Assembly: GCA_042408215.1 (NCBI GenBank)
Contig: JAYFMW010000012.1
Location: forward strand, 28,248-92,247
DNA from: Microcoleus sp.
GTDB lineage: Bacteria; Cyanobacteriota; Cyanobacteriia; Cyanobacteriales; Microcoleaceae
Direction of reading: 5' to 3'
Length of the DNA stretch: 64,000 nt
Shown one piece after another: positions 31,886 to 40,857 of this stretch; the first letter of the stretch is position 1; each line of letters begins with the position of its first letter. Below the pieces are notes generated by a model, which did not search any database, had not been told where the DNA came from, and saw only the letters and a list, made by a program, of their open reading frames with translations. Both the position numbers and the translations under genes were made by a program.

Positions 31886-32488
31886 TTAAACATTCATCAC
31901 CTGTTCTGCTGTCAGCATTAATTCTGGAAAAGTCCGCGACACAATTCGTTCACTGCCTTTAAAGGCAGTTTTTTGATAATTGCCGTCTGCATCCAAAAGG
32001 TAAACAAATACAGTCGGAACTTTCGGATTTCCCAGGAAATCTCTGCTGCCAATTGCTAAATAATCGACAATCCAATACTCGGGAATTCCGAGGCGCTGAT
32101 ACTCGTCCAATTTGTCAATATAATCGTCATCCCAATTTGTTGATGTTACTTCCACTGCCAATTGAATTGGTTCCCGCAAAGCAGCATAAGCAGAACGGTT
32201 CGAGCGCCACAAATCGCGATCGATTACGCTGACATCCGGTCTCCGCCCTTGTTCGATTCCGGCTTTAGTTACAGTTCTGATAGCTGTAGTGAGCCTGACG
32301 ACATAATTTAAGTTTAGCCGTTTAATTTCATCCTTAAATGAGTCAGACGTAAAATCAGCAACATCATCATGATTTCTTGTGGCATTCATCTCGACAATCT
32401 CTCCGTCTACCAGTTCATAGAGTCCATCTTCTGGACATTCTACAAGGAATTGGTCAAAGGTCAATTTTTTGGTGACTGTTGCAATCAT
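31886..32488 (-). CDS. Uma2 family endonuclease (DUF820)
   Basis: YELVDGEIVEM, RRPDV, AVEVTS, KLDEYQRLGIPEYWIVD. Confidence 0.92.
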   Translation of the reverse strand: MIATVTKKLTFDQFLVECPEDGLYELVDGEIVEMNATRNHDDVADFTSDSFKDEIKRLNLNYVVRLTTAIRTVTKAGIEQGRRPDVSVIDRDLWRSNRSAYAALREPIQLAVEVTSTNWDDDYIDKLDEYQRLGIPEYWIVDYLAIGSRDFLGNPKVPTVFVYLLDADGNYQKTAFKGSERIVSRTFPELMLTAEQVMNV

Positions 32489-32772
32489 AAGATTTCCCAT
32501 TATTTGGCAGGAATACTATTAGTCTATATTAGCACAGCCCGTAGTGAATTGCTTTTTTTGACCGCAGATGAACACAGATGAGTGCGGATGAGTGCGGCTC
32601 AGGAAAAGCTCGATCGCCCTTCTGATATTTGACACTCATATTTGACACTCATATTTTACACTTATGGTAGAATGCGATCGCCATAGCAATTGCAGTTCCA
32701 TAGGTGGCTAACTTGCTAGGCTAGAAAGTAGCAAACCTAAAAATCAAGCCACTCCCAGGTCAATCGCGAACC

Positions 32773-33435
32773 ATGAGACTAGACGAAGCCGTAGAATTTG
32801 CCGAAAACCCAGAGCCGCGTTGTCCCTGCGTCCTTTTGTTGGACACCTCCGGCTCGATGCAAGGTGCCCCCATTGATGCCTTGAATCAGGGGCTGCAAAC
32901 TTTTAGAGATGATCTGATTAGAGACGAACTGGCAAAAAAGCGAGTCGAAGTCGCGATTATTTCCTTTGACAACCAGATCAAAGTCGTGCAAGATTTTGTA
33001 ACGGCCGATCAATTCGAGACGCCGCTGCTGATAGCACAAGGACAAACTCATATGGGTGGAGGTATTCAGCAAGCACTAGATCTCATCGCCGCCCGCAAAT
33101 CAGAATATCGCAATAATGGTATTACTTATTATCGGCCGTGGGTATTTATGATTACTGACGGCGAACCTCAAGGCGAATCAGACGATGTTGTAGAAATAGC
33201 ATCACAGCGGATTAAAGAGGAAGAAACTAACAAGCGCGTCGCTTTTTTTGCGGTGGGAGTCGAAGGTGCTAATATCGCCCGTCTCTCGCAAATTGTTGAG
33301 CGCACGCCTGTAAAATTGAGAGGATTAGACTTTAGGGAGATGTTTATTTGGCTGTCAGCTAGTATGCAGCGAGTTTCTCACTCGAAAATTGACGAACAAG
33401 TGGCTTTACCACCTCCGGGATGGGGAACAGTTTAG
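32773..33435 (+). CDS. TerY/YegL-like von Willebrand factor A domain protein
   Basis: MIDAS LLLDTSGSM, YYRPWVFMITDGEP, FIWLSASM. Confidence 0.92.
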   Translation: MRLDEAVEFAENPEPRCPCVLLLDTSGSMQGAPIDALNQGLQTFRDDLIRDELAKKRVEVAIISFDNQIKVVQDFVTADQFETPLLIAQGQTHMGGGIQQALDLIAARKSEYRNNGITYYRPWVFMITDGEPQGESDDVVEIASQRIKEEETNKRVAFFAVGVEGANIARLSQIVERTPVKLRGLDFREMFIWLSASMQRVSHSKIDEQVALPPPGWGTV

Positions 33436-33783
33436 TTATCAGTTATTAGTCATTAGTCATTAGTCATTAGTCATGAGTCATTAGTCATTAGTCATTAGTC
33501 ATTAGTCATTAGTCATGAGTCATTAGTCATTAGTCATTAGTCATTAGTCATTAGCAATAAACTTTGATCGAGTGACTTTAAATCCATGAATGCAGACGAA
33601 TGACTAACTAATGACCAATAACTAATAACTAATAACCAAGAACCAATAACTAATAACTAATAACTAATGACCAATAACCAATGACCAATAACCAATAACC
33701 AATAACCAATAACCAATAACCAATAACCAATAACCAATAACCAATAACCAATAACCAATAACTAATAACTAATGACTAATGAC
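33436..33783. repeat. Two STRR tracts in opposite orientation: (TCATTAG)n and (ATAACCA/ATAACTA/ATGACTA)n
   Basis: Visible heptamer arrays at 33436-33555 and 33600-33783. Confidence 0.95.
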
Positions 33784-34548
33784 TCTGGACTATTGACTAA
33801 TTGGCAAGTTATAGCGGCATCAGTGATGGGTACGAGTCACGAAAAGCGCTCGCAACCTTGTCAAGATGCCCATCAATGGCGGCTGTTGCCGAATGGTGTT
33901 TTGGCCGCAGCAGTTGCCGATGGTGCGGGTTCTGCAACCCTCGCAGAAGTAGGCGCTAAAATTGCTGTAGAAGCCGCTGTAGAAACGATTTGTCAGCAAC
34001 AAAAAATGCTGCCTCAAACTGACGATGAATGGTACGTATTCCTGACAGCAACACTGCAAGTCGCGCGGGCGGCTGTGGAAGCAGAAGCAGCCGTGCGGGA
34101 AGTAGCCAGTAGAGATTTAGCCTGCACTTTGATTGCGGTTGTGGCTACACCAGAATTAATCGCAGTTGCTCAAATTGGTGATGGTGCAGCGGTAGCAGGT
34201 GATAGTGCAGGAAATGCGATCGCCCTGACTATACCTCCCTGCGGCGAATACATCAATGAAACTATTTTTTTGATTTCGCCGAATGCCGTGGAAACAGCCC
34301 AATTTCAGGTACACCGGGAAAAAATGGCGCACTTGGCTGTGTTTTCCGACGGGCTGCAAATGCTAGCTCTCAAAATCCCCGAAGGAACACCCCACGGCCC
34401 ATTTTTTGCGCCTTTGTTTCGATTTTCTCGCGATTTTCAAGACGAAGTGGAAGCGAAACAACAGTTAGAATCATTTTTGCGATCGCCCCGGGTTTCCGAA
34501 CGCACCGATGATGACTTAACATTATTGTTGGCAAGTTTTTCTAGTTAG
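33772..34548 (+). CDS. PP2C-family phosphatase (YegK/PphC-like)
   Basis: SVMGTSH..CQDA, AVADGAGSA, QIGDG, SDGL, TDDDLTL. Confidence 0.92.
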   Translation: MTNDSGLLTNWQVIAASVMGTSHEKRSQPCQDAHQWRLLPNGVLAAAVADGAGSATLAEVGAKIAVEAAVETICQQQKMLPQTDDEWYVFLTATLQVARAAVEAEAAVREVASRDLACTLIAVVATPELIAVAQIGDGAAVAGDSAGNAIALTIPPCGEYINETIFLISPNAVETAQFQVHREKMAHLAVFSDGLQMLALKIPEGTPHGPFFAPLFRFSRDFQDEVEAKQQLESFLRSPRVSERTDDDLTLLLASFSS

Positions 34549-34705
34549 GAAGTACACCAAAATTGAGAAGAGACATCTTGCAAAACTGAAGCTCCATCTG
34601 CGTCTATCTGCATTGATATGCGGTGAAAAATTCCACATTCTGATTTTTGTTAAAGTCTAATATCTTGTTCAAATCAGCCTTGAAAAATCTCGGAGTACCA
34701 AAACG

Positions 34706-35380
34706 ATGATCGCAACTCAACGGATTAGTGCGAGAAATTTATTGCGGGAAACCTTTGCTGCTATTGGTTCTGTATACATACCGCTTTTGATGATAGCAAG
34801 TCCGAGTTTGATCCTAGGCTTGCTGAACATTTTTGCCAAGCTAGGTTCGGCTGGTATTGCCTTGAATATTATCTACTGTTTCTTGGTAGTGCCTCTCTGT
34901 TCTGGAGCCGGAATTTTATACAATTATCGCAGCTTAACAGGAAATAAAGTAACTGTTGGAACAGCTTTTAAACAAGCAAACAAAAATTTATTTAATCTCA
35001 TTTTGAGCTACATTATGTATGCATTGCTGGTGATGGCTGGCCTCATTGTACTAATCATTCCAGGGTATTATGTAATGTTTCGCTTAACCTTCTCATGGTA
35101 TGGAACCGCCATTGATAACAGTTCGGCGCTAGACAGTGTTAGCAGCAGTTGGGAATTAACTAAAGGACGCTGGTGGTTAGTATTTCGATCGGGTTTGCTG
35201 AATTTTATCGTTTTTTTGTTGCCAGTAACATTGGTTGTCTTATTAATCGATCCGACAGCGAAATCATTAGCAGCTCATGTTGCGAGTACGGTGCTGGGAT
35301 TTTTGGTCGGGCCATTGATGAGTGTTTACTTTGTTCTCCTGTACCTGCGTTTGCGGGAAACGGCAGCAACTATTAAATAA
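34706..35380 (+). CDS. Integral membrane protein (YciC/GDPD-membrane-domain-like)
   Basis: About 5-6 hydrophobic segments; LIIPG..SWELTKGRWW..YLRL pattern. Confidence 0.7.
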   Translation: MIATQRISARNLLRETFAAIGSVYIPLLMIASPSLILGLLNIFAKLGSAGIALNIIYCFLVVPLCSGAGILYNYRSLTGNKVTVGTAFKQANKNLFNLILSYIMYALLVMAGLIVLIIPGYYVMFRLTFSWYGTAIDNSSALDSVSSSWELTKGRWWLVFRSGLLNFIVFLLPVTLVVLLIDPTAKSLAAHVASTVLGFLVGPLMSVYFVLLYLRLRETAATIK

Positions 35381-35460
35381 GTAGTGAAAATTTCGCGCGG
35401 TTCTATAATAAAATCGAGGTGTAAACAGTTTCGCGTCGCTTTGTATCAGTAGGTCGTCAT

Positions 35461-36156
35461 TTGCAAGCACAAGAGATTAAGGATCAGCTCAACTCCCTAA
35501 TTAGCGAAGCATATCCAGTAGATCCCAGTTTGGCGATCAGATTGGATGAAATCTATCGCTGGGTAAAAGATGTTAAACCTGGTGCGCTAACTAATAAGAA
35601 ATTTGTGATGGCTTTTCTACTACAGCTTGTCAGTGATTCTGAAGTTTGGTTGGCTGTCAAATCTCTACCTTCCGATGCAGCACAACAAGCTGCGTTTGAG
35701 TTAATGACTCCTGCGGAAAGATACTGGTATAGCTATCTATTTCCTAAATGGCTGAGCGAAACCGATCGCAAATTTCATATTTGGAAAAAAAAACTGATGG
35801 CAGGAGATTTTTATCCTGCTGACGATCGCCTTCTGCGATCGCTCGCGACTCACATTCAGCAGCGTGAAGATACTTCTTTTATACAGCGCTATATTGCCGA
35901 TCTTTCTATGGCAACTGACTCCATCGTTAGTCACCGTCAACAGCAGCCGCTCTGCATTCAAGTCACTACTCTTTCGGATAAGTTTTCTGTTGAAAAATAT
36001 CATAAGTGGCAACAGAGTTTGCAAGCTTGGGGGATTGACAGAGGATTATTTTTAAGTTACGATGGAAGTGATGCAAATTTCCTGAATCAATTAGTTAACA
36101 TTGCATTATATAATAGCGATAATTTGCCAGCAGGTCGTTACCTAAAGTTCCCGTAA
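35461..36156 (+). CDS. Hypothetical protein, possible PD-(D/E)XK-like fold in the C-terminal half
   Basis: 231-aa open frame (TTG start); ADLSMATD...LCIQVT spacing resembles D..(E/Q)x(K/T) nuclease motifs. Confidence 0.65.
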   Translation: MQAQEIKDQLNSLISEAYPVDPSLAIRLDEIYRWVKDVKPGALTNKKFVMAFLLQLVSDSEVWLAVKSLPSDAAQQAAFELMTPAERYWYSYLFPKWLSETDRKFHIWKKKLMAGDFYPADDRLLRSLATHIQQREDTSFIQRYIADLSMATDSIVSHRQQQPLCIQVTTLSDKFSVEKYHKWQQSLQAWGIDRGLFLSYDGSDANFLNQLVNIALYNSDNLPAGRYLKFP

Positions 36157-36439
36157 ATTCACCAGATCTGCTACTGATAACAGTTCAACTCTCCAAAGCA
36201 GTGTGTCTAGAAAGTTTTAACTAATAGGACGAAAGCCAAGTGTCACAGTTAAATCAACCTGTAGGATGCTCTACTACATTGATTATTTCGACTTCAACAG
36301 GTTTTTCGGTTCCTGGGTACCCTAGGCATCTAAAAGCTGTGTGTCTAGAAAATTTGAACAAAGCAACGGGAAGATTTGCCACAGAAATCGGTTTTGTGAA
36401 ATCACGAGCTAATTGGGAATGAAGTAAATAGAGATTGGA

Positions 36440-37510
36440 TTGAATTTTTGTGAATTTGTTGAGATAAAATCAAATTACATCAAAATGAATACTATGACAG
36501 CCAAAGGTACCAGCGCCGTTCAAGAGAATTTAGTAAAAGTATTTGAAAAACTGGCAGCAGCCAGAAAAATGCAGGATGGCTGGATGAATCACGGGCTAGA
36601 TTTTGTCGATTTGTATGTGGAGGATGTGGGTGGAGATTGGTTGGAAAAATGGGGTAAACAAGCCAACTTAGAGTTTGACACAATTAGAAGTGTAGACGTT
36701 GAAGCCGTCAAAGTAGCGATCGGCTTTCCTGACTTCCAGAAAACAAAATTGCTGGAAATAGCCTTGACTCACCGTTGCGATACCAACGATTGTCGCGGAG
36801 CCTCTTTCGACTCGTCAGTTGGGCAAGATGTCAAGTACAAAAGGCTTGCTCTCTTGGGTAGCGCGATTTTTGGTGCGGTTGTTACCGATTACCTGTACCG
36901 CAAATATCCTCGGCTCGAACGAGATTGTATCTCTACCTTAAAATCTCGGTTAGTAGACAAGAAAAAACTCTCTGAATTTGCAATCAGCTTGAACTTCAAG
37001 CAACTCAGCTTGCACGGTACTAGTGCGAAAGAAACAGATAAAAGCGAGTACAAGAGATTTATGGGCGAGACTTTTGAGGCGGTGTTTGGGGCGATTTACT
37101 TAGAGTGCGATCGCGATTTTGTTCCTGCGGGCGAATGGCTGATTCAGCGTTTTATAGAAAAAGCCGTTAGTCAGAATATTAGTCAGAAGAGTTATCTAAT
37201 CGAGTCCCCACAAATCTCGCCGGAAAGTGCTGTTAAACGGCGGGGAAGCCTCGGTGCAGACATTCTCGATGCGATCGCGATCGACTATCTGTACCACCGC
37301 TTTCCCTCACACAACGCCAGCCAGCTAACAGATTGGAAAAATATCTTAGTGAGCCAAGATATTTTCCCCAAAGACTTTCAGGCAAAATTAGGCAGTCAGT
37401 ACCTAGAATTGGGAAGCAATTTCTCGCGCACCCGGGACTGGCTAGTGGATAATTTCATCAAAACCACAGTTGAAGAACTGGTAGAGGAAACAGGAAATCA
37501 ACTAAAATAA
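36440..37510 (+). CDS. Ribonuclease III domain protein with degenerate active site and a second partial RNase III repeat
   Basis: ALTHR, KRLALLGSAIFGAVVTDYLY, ETFEAVFGAIYL; second copy SLGADILDAIAIDYLYHRFP; start may be 36485 or 36494. Confidence 0.8.
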   Translation: MNFCEFVEIKSNYIKMNTMTAKGTSAVQENLVKVFEKLAAARKMQDGWMNHGLDFVDLYVEDVGGDWLEKWGKQANLEFDTIRSVDVEAVKVAIGFPDFQKTKLLEIALTHRCDTNDCRGASFDSSVGQDVKYKRLALLGSAIFGAVVTDYLYRKYPRLERDCISTLKSRLVDKKKLSEFAISLNFKQLSLHGTSAKETDKSEYKRFMGETFEAVFGAIYLECDRDFVPAGEWLIQRFIEKAVSQNISQKSYLIESPQISPESAVKRRGSLGADILDAIAIDYLYHRFPSHNASQLTDWKNILVSQDIFPKDFQAKLGSQYLELGSNFSRTRDWLVDNFIKTTVEELVEETGNQLK

Positions 37511-37543
37511 AATCAATTCCTCAAAAAATGTGGGAAAAAAGCA

Positions 37544-38236
37544 ATGGTGACACAACTGCAATCTCCCGACAAATCAAAGCTCGTCTACCCCGATCGCAAC
37601 GGCGCACCGATGTCAGACAATACAGAGCAGTTTCGATTAATCGTTTGGATTAAAGAAAACTTAGAATTGCTGTTTGCAGATGACCCGAATGTTTGCGTAT
37701 CCTGCGACTTGCTATGGTATCCAGTTGCAGGAAATAACAAACTTTCTCAAGCACCAGATGTGATGGTAGTTTTTGGTAGACCAAAAGCATATCGAGGTTC
37801 CTACCAACAGTGGAATGAAGATGATATTCCGCCGCAAGTTGTGTTGGAAATTGGGGATGGAAATCGGGTCGGCTGGATGATTCAAAAATTCACATTTTAC
37901 GAACGCTACGGTGTGGAAGAATACTATTTGTACGATCCGCAAACATTAGAACTGACAGGATGGCTGCGGGTTGAGGAACAATTAGAAGCTTTAGAACAAA
38001 TAGACGGTTGGGTAAGTCCGAGACTGGGAGTGCGGTTTCAATTATCAGAAACAGAGCTCCAAATGTTCGGGCCTAACCAAGAACCGTTTATGAGTTTTGT
38101 GGAACTCGATCGACTGCGGCGGCAAGCTGAGGCGCGGGCTGAACAGGCAGAAACGCTGCTGGAACAAGAACGATCGCGATCGCAAGCTTGAGAATCAAGA
38201 CTCCGAGAAATGGGCATCGATCCCAATCAATTGTGA
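37544..38236 (+). pseudogene. Uma2 family endonuclease with premature TGA at 38189-38191
   Basis: APDVMVVFGRPK, YGVEEYYLYDP; reading through the TGA restores the typical ESRLREMGIDPNQL tail. Confidence 0.75.
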
Positions 38237-38464
38237 GCGCAACTGCAAAATTCTCTTTGACAAAAAACATTGTGGAACAGGCCTATTGCTTGTTAAGTCT
38301 TTTGAAGGGCGGGCTGGATGCTCACCCCACATTAAAATTGAATTATTATGGAACAGGCCAGAAAGCCTTTTCTTCACAATGGTGCGGAGCGAGTAAATCT
38401 AAAATCTAACATCTAACATCTAAAATCGATTGAATCTCAATCCCCCATACCCTAACCGAATTCT

Positions 38465-40579
38465 ATGCAGTTGCAGCGCCAATTTAGCGGACAACTGATC
38501 GCGATCGACACTAACACCGCGATCGCCAGTGGGGGTGAAGGTCGCATCTACCCGATCGCCCAAGACCCGTCCCTAGTAGCAAAAATTTACCACAGACCGA
38601 CAGACGAAGACGGCGACAAACTCACAGTCATGTTCAGTATGCCACCGGATGCGCCGATCGCCGAACCCGGACACGCCTCCATTGCTTGGCCTCTCGATTT
38701 GCTGCATACCATCGGCGGGCGAGAAAAAATCGTCGGCTTTGTGATGCCGCGCGTCACCAAAGTTTTGCCGATTCACACTTTCTACACCCCGAAAACCCGC
38801 CGCGAACAAAAACCCCTATTTAACTATCTTTACCTGCACCGCACCGCCCGAAATCTCGCAGCCGCCGTCAACGCCCTGCATGGGCGGGGTTACGTCATTG
38901 GGGACGTGAATGAGTCAAATATCCTCGTCACCGACACAGCTTTAATCACGCTAGTAGATACAGATTCCTTTCAAGTACGCGATCCCTATACAGGTTACGT
39001 TTATCGGTGTCCCGTGGGGAAGCCGGAGTTTACGCCGCCGGAATTGCAGGGACTAACTTTTCGGGATCTCGACAGAGCCCCGGAACATGATTTGTTCGGT
39101 TTAGCGGTACTAATTTTTCAATTGCTGATGGAAGGTACGCACCCTTTTTCGGGAGTTTATCTCGGTAGCGATGAACCGCCGCCCTTAGAAGCGAGAATTC
39201 GATCGGGCCATTTCCCCTCTGGCACCAAACCGATTCCCTATCGCCCCATGCCCGCGGCGCCACCTTTGGAAATGCTGCATCCCCGACTGCGACAGATGTT
39301 TCTCCGCTGTTTTGAGGATGGGCACGGCAATCCGGCGGCGCGCCCGGATGCCAAAACCTGGGTGAATGCGATTCGGGAAGCCGAAGATGCTTTGATTACT
39401 TGCAGCAAAAATAGTCAGCATAAATACGGTAATCATCTCAGTCGTTGTCCCTGGTGCGATCGAGCCAAACTCCTGAAAGGGCGCGATCCTTTCCCGTCGC
39501 GGGAAGCAGTGCGCGGTGGATTGCACTTGCAGCCCATGAAAAAGCAGCGTAAAAAGCCACAACCACAACCCCCTGTACGGGAGCCCGTGGCGCGGAGGCA
39601 GCAGCCGGCAACGGGGCTACCGCGCCAGCTAGGGCAGTATCAGCCGCCGCTACTACCTCTGCCGATGTCTTCTCGGACTCGGGTGGCCCCTGCGATACCG
39701 TTGACTAAGGTTGAGCGGATAGTTCAGGATACTGCTTGGGGTAGTGTTTGGGGCGGTTTGTGTTTGGCTGCGGTGGCGGGGGTGTTTTGGGCTTTGACTG
39801 AGGGCGGTGGGGCGATTTTGGGGGCGATTTTTGTGGGTTCGATTTGGGGGAGTTTTTTTGGGATGATCTGGGGCATTTTTACTTTGTCGCCCAATCAGGT
39901 TTGGCGGAAGTGGGGGGGAGTTTTGGTGGGGGCTGTTTGGGGGGCTTTCTTTTTGGCGGCGCTGGGCGGTGGGGTGTTTGGGGCGATTAATCACAATTTG
40001 GCGATCGGACAAGCAATTTTGTCTGGCGTGGGGGTGGGTACGGTTTGGGGCCTGGTTTGGGCGGTTTTTCAGCCTCCTCTGGCGCTGCCGTTTGGGAGGG
40101 TTTGGGGCCGTCGGGGAGCGTTTTTGGGGGCTGTCTGGGGGGCGTTTTTGGGGACTTTGGCGGGGGTTTGTTTGGGGGCTGGGTTGGTGTTGTGGCAACA
40201 ATATAGTGGGGTGGCGCGATCGGCCGATCAGTTGGCGGGTTTGTTGCTGGGAGTGGCGATCGTGGCGGCGGGGGTGGGTTCTCTGGGTGGTATGGTTTCT
40301 GGGGCTTTCTTGGGTTTTTGCGGGTTTGCGCCGAAGTTGCCGATTTCGTTTCAGCCGTCGGGTGTGAGGGGTGGGGCTTTGGGGGCGATTTGGGGAAGTT
40401 TCTTGGGGGCGATCGCGGGTGCTATTTTGGGTGCGGGCTTGTCGGCGATTGTTCCGGCTGTTGGGGTTGGGTTGCCGGTGGAGTTGGCGTCTGTGGCTGG
40501 TGCGATCGTGGGTTCGGGTTTGGGGGCGATTTGGGGAGTGGTTTCGGGTACTGTTTGGGGGGCTTTGGGGAAGTGGTGA
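38465..40579 (+). CDS. YegI-like Ser/Thr kinase with Cys/His motif, Pro-rich linker and C-terminal Gly-zipper multi-TM domain
   Basis: SGGEGRIY, AKIYH, IGDVNESN, VDTDSFQ, GKPEFTPPE; C..N..H..CPWC; repeated GAxWGxFxG helices. Confidence 0.9.
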   Translation: MQLQRQFSGQLIAIDTNTAIASGGEGRIYPIAQDPSLVAKIYHRPTDEDGDKLTVMFSMPPDAPIAEPGHASIAWPLDLLHTIGGREKIVGFVMPRVTKVLPIHTFYTPKTRREQKPLFNYLYLHRTARNLAAAVNALHGRGYVIGDVNESNILVTDTALITLVDTDSFQVRDPYTGYVYRCPVGKPEFTPPELQGLTFRDLDRAPEHDLFGLAVLIFQLLMEGTHPFSGVYLGSDEPPPLEARIRSGHFPSGTKPIPYRPMPAAPPLEMLHPRLRQMFLRCFEDGHGNPAARPDAKTWVNAIREAEDALITCSKNSQHKYGNHLSRCPWCDRAKLLKGRDPFPSREAVRGGLHLQPMKKQRKKPQPQPPVREPVARRQQPATGLPRQLGQYQPPLLPLPMSSRTRVAPAIPLTKVERIVQDTAWGSVWGGLCLAAVAGVFWALTEGGGAILGAIFVGSIWGSFFGMIWGIFTLSPNQVWRKWGGVLVGAVWGAFFLAALGGGVFGAINHNLAIGQAILSGVGVGTVWGLVWAVFQPPLALPFGRVWGRRGAFLGAVWGAFLGTLAGVCLGAGLVLWQQYSGVARSADQLAGLLLGVAIVAAGVGSLGGMVSGAFLGFCGFAPKLPISFQPSGVRGGALGAIWGSFLGAIAGAILGAGLSAIVPAVGVGLPVELASVAGAIVGSGLGAIWGVVSGTVWGALGKW

Positions 40580-40599
40580 TCGGTTGGGGTTTGTTTTTG

Positions 40600-40857
40600 G
40601 GTTGAAAATCCGTGAATGGGTAGGTGTAAAAATCGAGGTGTTAAATTTTTTGGCTATAATGTATGTGCTACAAGGGTTTGAGGCACTTAAACCCAAAAAA
40701 CGATTCACGGAATCGCTGAAATGTATGTGTGATAAGGGTTTGAGGGCAGTATGAAAAATTGGGTATTGACAAGTCGAAGGCTGAAATGGTACTTTTGTTT
40801 TAGATTCACGGAACTGAACCTTGAAAACCAAATACAGCAAGGCTTCTGGAACGGGCG
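40600..40857 (+). promoter_or_regulatory. CRISPR leader with sigma70-like promoter
   Basis: TTGACA (40766-40771), 18-nt spacer, TG-n-TACTTT (40787-40795); repeated GATTCACGGAA motifs; AT-rich. Confidence 0.7.
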
